Source of the DNA: a virus
Lineage: Duplodnaviria > Caudoviricetes
Length of the DNA: 31,430 bases
IMG/VR virus record: IMGVR_UViG_3300011439_000036
Location: 1-31,430 of that record
Direction: 5' to 3' (one strand)
Every line of letters begins with the position of its first letter. The first letter of the stretch is position 1. Position numbers and translations under genes: made by a program. Positions 7,559-17,313 of the stretch are shown one piece after another. The notes beneath the pieces are model-generated. The model was not told the origin of the DNA, searched no databases, and saw only the letters and a program-made list of their open reading frames with translations.

Positions 7559-9457
7559 CTAGCCTCCTAAAATACCACCCAACAGCGCGAAGCTCGCGGC
7601 GTGGCGAACTTGAACGTCCACCCATTGCGACGCCAGCACCCTAACAACCCGATTGGCCGCTAAAGTGTACGGATCCACGACGATGTCTGTTGCTCCGCCG
7701 TTAAAGTTGCCTATCAAAAGTTCATTCCAATTCCCAAAAAAGACGGGCGTTGTTATTGTAGTGGCTGTTCCGGTCGTAAGAGCATTCGAAACCTGGTTCG
7801 AGATTGCAGCACGGTACCCATTAATGATTCCATCGACATTCCCCGGTGCACTGGTGTACACCGGCGTATCGGTAGAAGCGAATTGAGTCGTGGTGCGAAG
7901 CACGCCACGAATGGAAGCCCGGAGCAGGTAAGCCAATGAACCCTGGTCGGCATTTGAAGTGCCGAGAGCAGATTCCAACGAAACCAAAGCCGGGTAGGCC
8001 GTGGCATTGTTGATTGCCAAACCGTTCGTGGAGAGCAGGACCGTGCCGATGCCGGAGATGCCAGCAATGCCGGTTGGCTGGTTAGTTCCGGTGCCGTGGA
8101 GTGCCGCTAAATCAATCGCAGTAGCGATGCTCGCCACAATGTCATCACGGATGATCTGGTCAATCGAAGGATTCGACGTGGCCAACAGTTGTTTCGAGTA
8201 CTGTTGGAACGCGGTTACACCTTTCGGGGTAAGCGTGATTTGAGTGAAGTTACCAGTTCCGAGAGTGGAGGCAACGGTTTCACCCGCCCAATTCACCGCG
8301 CCAGCCGCATTCTGCTGCGGGATGGTCACGGGATTGTCGAGCATGAGCGACCGAGCGCCGAGGCGCATAACCTGTGAACGGTTCCGAAGCAGTTCAATGA
8401 ACTGTTCGCCAAGGTTCGAGGTTTCAACCACCATACCGCCGAGGGTGCCGGTGGCAGCCACGAAATTACGTTGGCCGACCAGGGCTTCAGGAGGGCACCA
8501 GAACCCGCCAGCGGATTTGCCGGTTCGCTTGGTGATTTCCTGGTGAAGCTCTGCCTCAAGACCAGTCAGTTTGCCAGTGCACATTTCATTAATGGCCCTG
8601 GTCAGGCTGTACCTTTTCAGCGTTTCTCGATCAATGCCGAACCCGGATTCTCGGGTTGGGGGAAGCGGCTGCACATTGGGAATGTGCTTGATGACCTCAG
8701 TCCTGAACTGTTCGACGGTCCAGCCTTTCCGAACGGCCTCTCCAACCAGTTCCAGAATATTGGGAACTTTACCGCGGAGGTTGTCACCGATGGCGTTGAT
8801 TTCAGCGATACGATTGCGTTCGCGGATCATACCTTCATTGCGCTCGGATTCGTAAACGACTCCGGGCATGAGGGCTTGAGGTGCGGCCGGCTGGGGCTGG
8901 CCAGGGGGAATGACTACAGGAGTGTCCATACGTGTGCTTTCTATGATTGTTTCAAATTGATTTTCGCTGGCTCGCCCAATACCGACCGAAGGATCGGCTG
9001 GAACGCTAACGAGGGAGATTTCCATCGGGGTCCAGGCAGTGGCTCGAAGGGTTTCCACACCCTTCTCAACCTTATCGGTGACCATCTTATCTACCCGATA
9101 GCCGACGCTTACCAAGCGGCGGATGCCATCTTTTACGTCTTGGAAAATTTCTTCGGCTCGGGCAGATCGCCCAAAGCGCACAACAGCTTTACCTCTACGT
9201 CCGTCCAGTCCAACCTTCTCGATGACCCCGATTTGGTCTCCGGGGTTATGATCCATAAGTAAGGGGCCGCCATTCTGGAGGCGCGAGAGATCGACGGATT
9301 CCGGGGCGTGGTCGAGGATCTCCATTCCGAAGAATCGTTCGACGGGAGACTCGGAAGAAAACGAGAGATTGACCGTGCGCCTCTCCTCGTCAATCGCGCT
9401 GCGGTCCAGGTCAAAAGATCGCCGAAGCAACCCCGTCTTGATAACTCTCGCTGCCAT
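7559..9457 (-). CDS. HK97-type prohead protease fused to major capsid protein
   Basis: N-terminal 'FSSE..V.R..G.EIL.H', 'LLMDH', 'VSVGY', 'EISLVSVPAD'; C-terminal capsid motifs 'ALHGTG..QP.GI', 'FFGNW', 'VDPYT', 'RHAASF'. Confidence 0.95.
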   Translation of the reverse strand: MAARVIKTGLLRRSFDLDRSAIDEERRTVNLSFSSESPVERFFGMEILDHAPESVDLSRLQNGGPLLMDHNPGDQIGVIEKVGLDGRRGKAVVRFGRSARAEEIFQDVKDGIRRLVSVGYRVDKMVTDKVEKGVETLRATAWTPMEISLVSVPADPSVGIGRASENQFETIIESTRMDTPVVIPPGQPQPAAPQALMPGVVYESERNEGMIRERNRIAEINAIGDNLRGKVPNILELVGEAVRKGWTVEQFRTEVIKHIPNVQPLPPTRESGFGIDRETLKRYSLTRAINEMCTGKLTGLEAELHQEITKRTGKSAGGFWCPPEALVGQRNFVAATGTLGGMVVETSNLGEQFIELLRNRSQVMRLGARSLMLDNPVTIPQQNAAGAVNWAGETVASTLGTGNFTQITLTPKGVTAFQQYSKQLLATSNPSIDQIIRDDIVASIATAIDLAALHGTGTNQPTGIAGISGIGTVLLSTNGLAINNATAYPALVSLESALGTSNADQGSLAYLLRASIRGVLRTTTQFASTDTPVYTSAPGNVDGIINGYRAAISNQVSNALTTGTATTITTPVFFGNWNELLIGNFNGGATDIVVDPYTLAANRVVRVLASQWVDVQVRHAASFALLGGILGG

Positions 9458-9479
9458 TTACATGTCGGCAGCCGTCAAC
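9458..9479 (-). promoter_or_regulatory. GTTGAC-N16-ATG motif, copy 2 (capsid)
   Basis: Minus strand GTTGAC GGCTGCCGACATGTAA ATG, inside the 3' end of the upstream gene. Confidence 0.7.
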
Positions 9480-9809
9480 AGGAGGTCTATAAGTTCTTCG
9501 GTTGGGTTCTGGATTGCGTCGGCGTGACACTCCCCAGATAGCGAGCGGGTTTCATTCGTGAATACGGAAACCTCTGATTGGCGCTCCACGTAGACACTCG
9601 GCCGTCCTGCGCGGGAAGTGCCGGCTGGGATGGGGTTGCACCAGCGATTTGTGTGAGCAACAAACCCCACACTAGCTTTGCCTGATACACCTTGAACCTT
9701 GAATAAGGTTTCGGATATGTAACGGATTTTGGGCAGTTCCGCACGCGCCTTGGATTTAGGCCGACGACTGCCACCGCCTTGAACGGCTGGTGCTTCCGGC
9801 TGCTCGCCA

Positions 9810-10150
9810 TCGGCTTCAACCGTGACCGTCCCGACCGCCGCCGTGGATGAAAGACCGCTAGGCGATGTGTTAGCTGCGCCCGTAACGGTAACGGTTCCGA
9901 GGCTTGCGGTAGCGCTTAATCCGGTTGCGTTAGTGTTCGCATCTGCGGTGACGGTAACGGACCCGACCGTCGCTGTAGCAGAAACCCCCTCCGCATTCAC
10001 GTCCACCGGGGTTCCTGTCGTAACGGTTACTTCGCCAAGTGCGGCAGTGGCTGAAACGCCTGTGGGTGACGTGTTCGCGTCTCCGGTAACGGTCGCGGTG
10101 CCAATCGCCCCGGTACCGCTTACTCCGGTGGCAGAAACGTTAACGCTAAG
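9810..10150 (-). repeat. Five ~22-aa tandem repeats (TG[VL]S.T..[LIV]G.VTV)
   Basis: Visible in the translation of ORF 9458..10657; coordinates approximate. Confidence 0.8.
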
Positions 10151-10680
10151 CGTGTATGTTACAGTGACAACCACCCAATCCTGCCTAAGTGTGACCGCCG
10201 CGGAGGTGCTGCTGCCCGTGTTCGGCTTAGCTCCTATCCTTAGCCTAATTGATGTGGTTGAAGCATCGCTTAACCCGGTCTGGTTTGTCCCTCCAGCGGT
10301 GGCGAAAGCCGTTGTTCCGGTAAATGCCGATGAACTTGAAAATGTGTTGCGAAGTGTTCCACCGGAATCTCTTAACTCGGCCTGGCCCGGTTGTGCTGGA
10401 TGCTCCCGTAGTGTATTCAGAACATCTCCAGTCATAATCCAGGTCAACTGCGCTGATGACCGCCCCGGCTGGTAGCCCAAGGGTTTCCCATGTGCCCGAC
10501 CATTCCCAGTATGGTGTGCCATTAGAGTTGTTCTTCCCGGTTCGCCTGGTTTGCATGACACCCGTCCCGGCGTTGGTGTCATTCCCGGAATCTTCCGTTG
10601 TGTCTCTGGTCCCCGCGATGCTTGAGCCGCCGTTGGCGTTAAAGGCCCAATCTTCAATCGTGGAATTGAAGCTGAATTGT

Positions 10681-10932
10681 TTAGTAAAAGTGGCCATCGC
10701 CTAACCCTCCACGACCGCAGGAAGCTTTTAAGTCCAATTCCCCACTCCTAACCGGGTTCACTCCAAAACTGAGAACCAGGAATAACAAGTGCAGGTCCAC
10801 GTATGGACCGTAACGCTCGCCTGAAGGCGTGACCCTCGCTCTCAGGTCAATGTGTATTCCGATTGATACCCACCAATCAACCGACCATTGAACCATCCAC
10901 CAGTGTCCGTGTTTCAGGTTCCATGCTGCCAT
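10681..10932 (-). CDS. Hypothetical Trp-rich protein
   Basis: 83 aa; TAATG overlap with the upstream gene. Confidence 0.55.
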   Translation of the reverse strand: MAAWNLKHGHWWMVQWSVDWWVSIGIHIDLRARVTPSGERYGPYVDLHLLFLVLSFGVNPVRSGELDLKASCGRGGLGDGHFY

Positions 10933-11351
10933 TAACCTAATCGGATAAGCGCGTTGCTTGCGTCGGCTGTGGGCAAGATCACGGTAAAAGTACCGTTGGT
11001 GCTGACTTTGTCCGAACCAAAATCCAACACAGCCACAGCCTTGTTGCTATTGGTGGAGTTATAGATCAGCGCCCCTCGAGCTGTTATGGTTGAGCTGGCC
11101 CAAGACGGGTCGGAGGTAAAATCAATCCAAGCGGTGGTTCCGCTGGCGCTCCGCGTATAGCCTGAAAGCGTGGCTCCACCGGCGCTGTAGCCCGTGCCCG
11201 AAACTTCATTGGTCGCGCTGTAGGCCGAGGTGCTGGCGTCCAGGCTGGCCGCGCTGGTGTACAGGGCTATTTTGTAAGTGTCGGCGGCTTCATGTTCGCC
11301 GCCAAGAATCTCTTGTTTAAAACTAGTGCAAATCGCTGCGGTTATTGCCAT
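10932..11351 (-). CDS. Conserved phage structural (fibre-associated) protein
   Basis: 'MAIT.AICTSFKQE', 'KIALYT', 'EVSGTGY.AGG', 'ITARGALIYN', 'VLDFG.DK'; SD GGAGGAG. Confidence 0.85.
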   Translation of the reverse strand: MAITAAICTSFKQEILGGEHEAADTYKIALYTSAASLDASTSAYSATNEVSGTGYSAGGATLSGYTRSASGTTAWIDFTSDPSWASSTITARGALIYNSTNSNKAVAVLDFGSDKVSTNGTFTVILPTADASNALIRLG

Positions 11352-12981
11352 TGGTCTCCTCCACAAGTGCGCCAGTTATTTCGCCTCTACTGTTACGATT
11401 GAATTCAATTCGTTTAACTGGCTTTGGTGTATCCTTCGGGAACTCAACCCGAACTTTGCTTTCGGGCACGTTTATAGTTACCGGAGCAGGCGAAATATGG
11501 TTGCTGATTGGCTGAATAACTCTTTCAGCGGCCACTGGTTGTGGTTCAGGCTTGGAATCGGGTGCATAGACAGAATCTGTGTCCAGATTCTTAGTAACCG
11601 GGTCATTTTCGAAATCTTTATCAATGGCTTCCATGTCCCCGCCCAGTTCCTTGATGACCTGGTTTCTGGATTCGATACGCATGGCAATAGCCGTTTTATG
11701 AGCTTCCATGTCGGCCTGAGGATCGACCCAGGGCCAACGGCGTGGGGTCCACTCGGGTTTATTGAACTTATCGAACTTAGAAGCGGGGAGAGCGACGCCA
11801 GATGTGGACTTGATAAGTCCCATGGTAAGTTCCCATTGAAGCCAATCCTCGAACAACCGGCCCTCGAAGGTTTCAATAAACCATTCCTGAATAGCTTTCC
11901 ATTCTTCACGCTGTTCGAGTTCACCCGAGCGGATTGAGGAGTAATTCACGCCTTCCAGGTCATTGGCCAGGCTGACATAGGAGACGCCCATACCCGAGGC
12001 AGACCCGCGCAGCTTGGACTTAACGAAATCACCAAAAGCCTGGTTGGGGTGAGTGGGGTCGATGGCTTTGTAGACTTGGCCAGGGCCGAGGTTAAGAACC
12101 ATACCGGGTTCCATGTCTTGCAGTTCATTCCCACGCCCGTCCACTTCGCCCTGGAACTGGTCTGGGGTGGTGTTCTCAATAGCGGCACCTTTGCAGGCGG
12201 CTTCTCTGGCTGCTACCAGCTCGGCTTCCTCATAGCCGGCCAACATCTTCAAAGGAAGAATCGAGGGAGCAATCCACGGCACGCCAACGTTCTGGCCTAT
12301 CCGTGTGGGCATGTAGACGTGAATTAATTCATCGGCTGGGATACGTGCTCGACGCCGTTTGGCCCTGTGCAGTGTGTCTCCTGGGTGGTCGTTGAAGATG
12401 TGGTAAGCTATTGGCCGCTTCCATTGGTCAAACTCAATCCCCATGCGGACTTCGTTCCCTTCGAATATCCCGTCAAAGTCGTGGTCTAACTGGTCAATCT
12501 CGATGAGTTGAACAGCGTATTTCCGGGCGTTATCGAACCCGCGCACGATACGAACCAAAGCCCCAGAATCGCGGGCGGCTGCATGCAGGACCAGTCGTTC
12601 AATTTGTCTCTTGGTGTGTTGGCCAGAAACGGTGAAGTTCTTGGCTTTGCACTGATCCTCCCATGCCATCTCAATAGCATCATTGGCCCCGGTATCATAA
12701 GAACCGTCCGGGTTTTGAATCTTCATCTGCAACTTGATTCCACAAGCCCCGAGAACGTTATTGAGCAGAAGCTTGAAGTATCGAGCAGCGTATTCGTTGT
12801 TCCGGTCCAAGTCTCTCGACCTGGCAATAAGTGACTTTCTCCCAGTCTTAATCTCCGCATCTGCGCTGGTGTAGGAGGTTAGCCAATCACTGGTCAGCCT
12901 GGAGTTAACCGCGCCAGCATAAGACCGCGTGGTCATACCGGATTTAACTATCCAACGAGCGAACTTGCGAAATAGATTCAC
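11323..12981 (-). CDS. Portal protein, lambda family
   Basis: 'ARSRDL.RNN', 'MGIEFD..RPIAYH', 'VNYSSIR', 'WPWVDP'; Pro-rich C-terminal extension. Confidence 0.95.
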   Translation of the reverse strand: MNLFRKFARWIVKSGMTTRSYAGAVNSRLTSDWLTSYTSADAEIKTGRKSLIARSRDLDRNNEYAARYFKLLLNNVLGACGIKLQMKIQNPDGSYDTGANDAIEMAWEDQCKAKNFTVSGQHTKRQIERLVLHAAARDSGALVRIVRGFDNARKYAVQLIEIDQLDHDFDGIFEGNEVRMGIEFDQWKRPIAYHIFNDHPGDTLHRAKRRRARIPADELIHVYMPTRIGQNVGVPWIAPSILPLKMLAGYEEAELVAAREAACKGAAIENTTPDQFQGEVDGRGNELQDMEPGMVLNLGPGQVYKAIDPTHPNQAFGDFVKSKLRGSASGMGVSYVSLANDLEGVNYSSIRSGELEQREEWKAIQEWFIETFEGRLFEDWLQWELTMGLIKSTSGVALPASKFDKFNKPEWTPRRWPWVDPQADMEAHKTAIAMRIESRNQVIKELGGDMEAIDKDFENDPVTKNLDTDSVYAPDSKPEPQPVAAERVIQPISNHISPAPVTINVPESKVRVEFPKDTPKPVKRIEFNRNSRGEITGALVEETNGNNRSDLH

Positions 12982-13571
12982 GGGAATGTGATGTCAGGGG
13001 CCCACTGTGACGGGGCGCGGAACCGGGCCAAGATGACTTTGCGATTCATCCCAGCAGCCGCGGCTTCCTCATTCAATACTTCATTCAGATAATGGGCTTT
13101 GAGCTTCAGTAACTTTTCAATGTCTTGAAACTCGAAGCTCACACCCTCGATAGTGACGCGGGTGGTTTGTTTCGCGGCCAACCGTTCCAAGGAGCGTTCA
13201 ATCAAGTCCAGGATTCGGCGGGAGTTGGTTCGGGTATCAATCTGGCCAGCACTAACAAAGTTGGGGTTGATGGTGAGTTTACCCGACCAGATATGTCGCC
13301 GTTCGCCCGTGGCGGTTTTGGTTACATACCCTTGGCCGTTATACTCCCCAGCAACCCATAGCTCGGTTGTGGCTGGTTCGATGGTGACCAGGTGATCGTC
13401 CCCGTCGTCATCTGCTTCGATTAGGATTGGGTCACCAGCAATCGGGACAGAGATGAACGCATAGGTTAAAACCCAATCCGGAGCGGGATAATCTGTAAGG
13501 CGTCGGGTCCACTCGGCGGTATCGCCAGCGGTAATCTGAACCGGTTCGATGTTTGGAATCGTGGCGGCCAC
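12978..13571 (-). CDS. Head-tail adaptor (N-terminal 'AGDT..W' domain + gpW-like C-terminus)
   Basis: Upstream of the portal; 'VTIEG...F..IEKL.KL...Y..EV' resembles gpW. Confidence 0.75.
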   Translation of the reverse strand: MAATIPNIEPVQITAGDTAEWTRRLTDYPAPDWVLTYAFISVPIAGDPILIEADDDGDDHLVTIEPATTELWVAGEYNGQGYVTKTATGERRHIWSGKLTINPNFVSAGQIDTRTNSRRILDLIERSLERLAAKQTTRVTIEGVSFEFQDIEKLLKLKAHYLNEVLNEEAAAAGMNRKVILARFRAPSQWAPDITFP

Positions 13572-13622
13572 GGTCTAAACAAGGCTGGCTAGTCAACGCG
13601 GTTGACGGGTGGTAATGGGTGA
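13572..13622. promoter_or_regulatory. Back-to-back GTTGAC motifs (copies 3 and 4) forming the palindrome GTCAAC-GCG-GTTGAC
   Basis: Palindrome at 13592-13606; plus strand N16-ATG(13623); minus strand N20-GTG(13571). Confidence 0.75.
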
Positions 13623-13949
13623 ATGCCAGAGATAGGCGAACTTTGCGCGGAAGTATTTCAAGAACTTGAAGAAGCAGGATTGTTCGACCCCGCGTTTACT
13701 TGGGCGGGAGGTTCTTACGCCTGTATCCCCAATGCGGTCAGAAAACGGGCTTCACTTGAACCCGGTGGATTCAGCGTGGACGAAGATTTAGTATTGCACT
13801 GCAGGTCTGGTCAATTTGGGGACACGTTACCAACCAGGGGGCAGACCATAAGCTATGTCAGTGTGACTTACCGTATAGATAGCGTAACAACGGCCCCAGA
13901 CCAGGGCTTCATCCGACTCGGGTGTGTCAACGCTTCTAAAGGCGCATGA
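13623..13949 (+). CDS. Head-tail joining protein (gpFII-like)
   Basis: 108 aa; 'LP.RG..I......YRI..V' pattern; first gene of the tail operon. Confidence 0.65.
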   Translation: MPEIGELCAEVFQELEEAGLFDPAFTWAGGSYACIPNAVRKRASLEPGGFSVDEDLVLHCRSGQFGDTLPTRGQTISYVSVTYRIDSVTTAPDQGFIRLGCVNASKGA

Positions 13950-14095
13950 ACGAACTAATGAGAGAATTAAGAGTGGTCGCCAAAATTGAATATTACGACC
14001 CGGACGGGTACCTTGTTGCCGAGGTTTGGGTGCTTCCCAACGGTGAAAAGCGAATTATTGGGGACCCCCGGGCAGTGATACCGATTTCGGTATGA
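13946..14095 (+). CDS. Hypothetical protein, 49 aa (not in the ORF track)
   Basis: MNELMRELRVVAKIEYYDPDG...; ATGA overlaps on both sides. Confidence 0.55.
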   Translation: MNELMRELRVVAKIEYYDPDGYLVAEVWVLPNGEKRIIGDPRAVIPISV

Positions 14096-14751
14096 AGCCC
14101 ACGTTCAAACTCGATACCCGAGAATTTGACCGGACCATGCGCCGGTATGTTCAGCTTTCCAGTCGTGACCCGAAACAGATCACGGACACCAAAGGATTCT
14201 TCATTGCCAGACGGGCCACGGTTGAGACCAAGAAGGCAGACAAGGACAAAATTGCATCTCAACTCGGCCGGCTGATTAAGGTTCGGGGCATTAAAGGCAA
14301 GACTCTGGCTGCAAAGCCTTTGCTGGAAAGCATCATTCGGGCAAGGATTTATCGGGCCGGAGGAAAGCAACCAGCCAAAGAGGAAGTCAGAGATTTGATG
14401 CGAAAGGAGTTGGCTACAAGGATGAGTTCAATCGCCTTTATCAAGTCGGGTTGGTTGCCAGCTATTAAGACCCTAGCACCGTTCGCTGAGAAGCGCAACC
14501 AACCCAAGATAGACCGAACCGCCAAACAGCGCGGCAAACCCAACGGCTATGCCATACCCAGCCGGGGTGGGTGGCGTGGCAAAACCATCATAGCCAATAC
14601 AGCCGCATCCAAGACGGACAGGGGCGGGTTTATGAGATTCGGCATGGCTGGGCTGCAAGCAGCGTTCAATCACGAAACCAGATCCATGAAGGATTATATT
14701 CTGAACAAGCTTCGAGGCACAGCCCGTCAAGCTGGGGTGAAGGTGCGATAA
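14092..14751 (+). CDS. Basic neck/tail completion protein (HK97 gp10 position)
   Basis: Lys/Arg-rich, 'KSGWLPA' motif, gene position. Confidence 0.6.
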   Translation: MKPTFKLDTREFDRTMRRYVQLSSRDPKQITDTKGFFIARRATVETKKADKDKIASQLGRLIKVRGIKGKTLAAKPLLESIIRARIYRAGGKQPAKEEVRDLMRKELATRMSSIAFIKSGWLPAIKTLAPFAEKRNQPKIDRTAKQRGKPNGYAIPSRGGWRGKTIIANTAASKTDRGGFMRFGMAGLQAAFNHETRSMKDYILNKLRGTARQAGVKVR

Positions 14752-15203
14752 TGGCCACTGCCGCAATAGTCCTATCCAAGACCCGGCAAGCCCTGGTTGC
14801 GTACCTGACCGCTCAAGGCATATCCGGACTGACCATAGCAGACGGGAAAGCTTCTGGGGAAAAAGCCGCGCCTATTGCTATCTGTGACGCATCCAGCGCA
14901 ACCGAGGACATACCTGGGACAGGCAACTTCTGGGTGGATGTTGAGGTGATGCTGAAAACGGTTGCCCCGGTGGATTCGGGCGAGGATGAGACAGACCCGC
15001 ATACAAACTCAGAATCTTATTCGACTTCTGTGGCGAACGCCCTGTTCGATTCGGATTTACCCGGCGAACTGTCAGACGGTCTTGTCGATGAATTCCATTG
15101 CTTCGGGATCGGGGACGATACTGCCCATGAATCTGGCCAGGGTGAAGATTGTTGGGTTGAGACCTGGCGGTTTCGGTTGCTCTGTTGCTGCACCAGTTTC
15201 TAA
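14751..15203 (+). CDS. Tail terminator-like protein
   Basis: 150 aa, acidic; directly precedes the major tail gene; TAATG overlap. Confidence 0.6.
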   Translation: MATAAIVLSKTRQALVAYLTAQGISGLTIADGKASGEKAAPIAICDASSATEDIPGTGNFWVDVEVMLKTVAPVDSGEDETDPHTNSESYSTSVANALFDSDLPGELSDGLVDEFHCFGIGDDTAHESGQGEDCWVETWRFRLLCCCTSF

Positions 15204-15206
15204 AGC

Positions 15207-15229
15207 GTTGACGGTTGGCCATTCTCGAT
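15207..15229 (+). promoter_or_regulatory. GTTGAC-N17-ATG motif, copy 5 (major tail gene)
   Basis: GTTGAC GGTTGGCCATTCTCGAT ATG fills the intergenic gap. Confidence 0.7.
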
Positions 15230-15661
15230 ATGGCGACCATACGCGGCACTCCAATTAATTTCGGATTCACCACGGAAACCGGCGGGTTTACCGCTACCAA
15301 CTTATCCGGCAAGGGCCTGCTTCAAAGCGCGGAGCTGAGCGAAGAGGGGGACGTTGAGGAGGTGCGGGACGCAGACGGCGACTTGGCCGCGGAGGCGCAT
15401 TACAACCGCGGGCAGCGGGCGGTTCTGGAAATCATCATCATTGATGCAACCAACATCGCCAACGCCATCAACAACTGCGCACTCGGAACTAACTTCATCA
15501 AAGGTGCCTTCTTCCCGATAACAGCCTGTACCAGTATGCCGGAATTAATTGATACATCCGGTGCAAAATGGCGCATCATGGAAGCCCGTTGCGTCAAGGG
15601 CAACACCAACGCTGCTCGGTTGAACGTTACATTAGTCAAGCACGCTGGAATCGTCTCATAA
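15230..15661 (+). CDS. Major tail (tube) protein, putative
   Basis: 143 aa, beta-rich; lies between terminator and chaperone/TMP genes; has its own upstream motif. Confidence 0.65.
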   Translation: MATIRGTPINFGFTTETGGFTATNLSGKGLLQSAELSEEGDVEEVRDADGDLAAEAHYNRGQRAVLEIIIIDATNIANAINNCALGTNFIKGAFFPITACTSMPELIDTSGAKWRIMEARCVKGNTNAARLNVTLVKHAGIVS

Positions 15662-15664
15662 CCC

Positions 15665-16276
15665 ATGGGTGCCGCTTACTTTAAAGCGGCCATCCCAGAG
15701 CCGTATAGAATACTGGGCTTAAAGCTCAAACCGTTCTCGCTCGGCCATTATTTCATCTTGAGACGGTTTGAGTGTTCGTTTGTGGATGACGAAAAAGCGA
15801 CTGCAACTTTGGAAGATTTGATATTTGCCGTTTCTGTTTGTTCCATGTCCTACAAAGATTTCTTGGAGTTTATCGAACGCAAATATTATCCGTGGTGGTC
15901 CGTTCTGCTTTCCTGGGTATGGCCATGGCATCGGCCAAAGCCGAGATTTGTATGGCCTAGAGAGGCCAGGAAGTGGGGGAAGCAAGCGGGGCTGTTCGAC
16001 TTCAAATCCAAGGTTGCGTTGTTCATGCAATATCTGAATGAAGCAACAGAGCAACCCCAATATTGGGTAGAGGAGGAAGGCAAACCCAGTGGGGCACATT
16101 GGGCACAAGCTCTGTACGATTCTTTAATTGGTCAGGTTGGTTACACTCAAGAACAGGCTTTGAATAATCCATTGGCGCAATGTTTATCGGATTTCTACAG
16201 GCACGCCGAATCGGTTGGGTCTGTGCGGTTGATGACCGATCAGGAAGTTGAGGTGATAAATGGCGCTCAAGCTTGA
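15665..16276 (+). CDS. Tail assembly chaperone, putative
   Basis: Between tube and TMP genes; 'ILGLKLKPFSLGH', 'QEQALN.PL'. Confidence 0.6.
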   Translation: MGAAYFKAAIPEPYRILGLKLKPFSLGHYFILRRFECSFVDDEKATATLEDLIFAVSVCSMSYKDFLEFIERKYYPWWSVLLSWVWPWHRPKPRFVWPREARKWGKQAGLFDFKSKVALFMQYLNEATEQPQYWVEEEGKPSGAHWAQALYDSLIGQVGYTQEQALNNPLAQCLSDFYRHAESVGSVRLMTDQEVEVINGAQA

Positions 16277-17312
16277 AGCTCAAATAGGGCTGGATGGAGC
16301 TGGTTTTCAAGCCGGCATGAACCGAGTCATGGGGGCTGTGGGTAGTCTCAAAACCGCACTCGCCAGCGCATTCACCGCTGGGGCCGTGGCCAGTGCAACC
16401 CGTTCATTGATTCGGTTTGCGAGCGAGATTAAGGATACTGCCACAAGACTCGGAATGACAACTACCGAGGTTCAAGAGTTGTCATTCGCAGCGGACCAGA
16501 GCGGGTCAACCATGGCAAAGTTTGCGGTGGGGTTGGATTTCCTGGCAAGACAAATGGAATCGGCCGCTGAGGAGGGCGGGGACGCAGCGGAAGCCCTGCT
16601 TAGATTGGGGGCATCGTGGGAGGACATCAGATCACAAAACCCGGCCCAGGTTGCGGCGGCGATAGGGAAAGCACTGCAAACCACCAACATTACCAGCCAG
16701 GTATCTGCCGACCTGACAACAGCGATGGGGAGGGCTGGAACCAAGCTGATTCCGGTGCTTAAAGAGCTTGAGGAGAACATAGCAAAGGTTAGGGCACAAG
16801 GCTCAATAGTCTCACCCGAAAGTATTGATAACGTGGAACGAATGGGGGACAAAATAGATGCTTTAAAGAACAAGATAAAATCGTTTGAGGTCGAAGCCAT
16901 CGGAAGTCGGATCTCTTTGTTCGATGGGGAATGGTTAGCTGGTGTAGATGAGGGATACTGGGAGGGCAAGATCAGGATGAGCCAGCTTCACAAGATGTTC
17001 ACCGATCGGTCTAGGAAAAAGGGGAAGATGATGGACCAACCCCCAATGCCGACAGCGGAACAGATGAAAGCACTGCGGCCCGCAGGTGCTAGTAACAATC
17101 TCCCGTGGATGACGCAGGGGCCACCAGCCAGCCCCCCGACCATGGGTTCATCCGATGGGTTGGTTAGCGTGGGAAATTTCCTAGGCTCAAACCGCGCTTC
17201 AATTCTCACAGCAGCAGAAAAGACCAACAAGCTTTTGACGCTTACCAACCAACACTTGGCAGATATTAAAAAGTCATTAACCGGGTCGGAAACAGGATTC
17301 CCGCCCACATAA
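16260..17312 (+). CDS. Tape measure protein (short, 350 aa)
   Basis: 'LEAQIGLDG..F..G', 'RLGMTT.EVQEL.FAA.QSG', Ala-rich helical sequence. Confidence 0.8.
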   Translation: MALKLEAQIGLDGAGFQAGMNRVMGAVGSLKTALASAFTAGAVASATRSLIRFASEIKDTATRLGMTTTEVQELSFAADQSGSTMAKFAVGLDFLARQMESAAEEGGDAAEALLRLGASWEDIRSQNPAQVAAAIGKALQTTNITSQVSADLTTAMGRAGTKLIPVLKELEENIAKVRAQGSIVSPESIDNVERMGDKIDALKNKIKSFEVEAIGSRISLFDGEWLAGVDEGYWEGKIRMSQLHKMFTDRSRKKGKMMDQPPMPTAEQMKALRPAGASNNLPWMTQGPPASPPTMGSSDGLVSVGNFLGSNRASILTAAEKTNKLLTLTNQHLADIKKSLTGSETGFPPT

Positions 17313-17313
17313 T

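Larger units (their letters stand above)
9458..10697 (-). pseudogene. Thr/Ser/Gly-rich fibre-like virion protein split by a 1-nt frameshift near 10381 (about 412 aa if joined)
   Basis: ORF from 10697 reads protein-like up to 'SSTTGP'; a second frame continues 'AELRDSGG...' with five ~22-aa repeats; removing one G from CCA-G-GCC joins them. Confidence 0.75.

Noticed and set aside
8471-9262. Long antisense ORFs (also 9822..10475, 11278..11937, 16472..16969)
   Set aside because: Shadows of well-supported genes on the opposite strand
15665-16276. Programmed -1 frameshift in the tail chaperone
   Set aside because: A single ORF spans the whole tube-to-TMP gap and no convincing slippery heptamer was found
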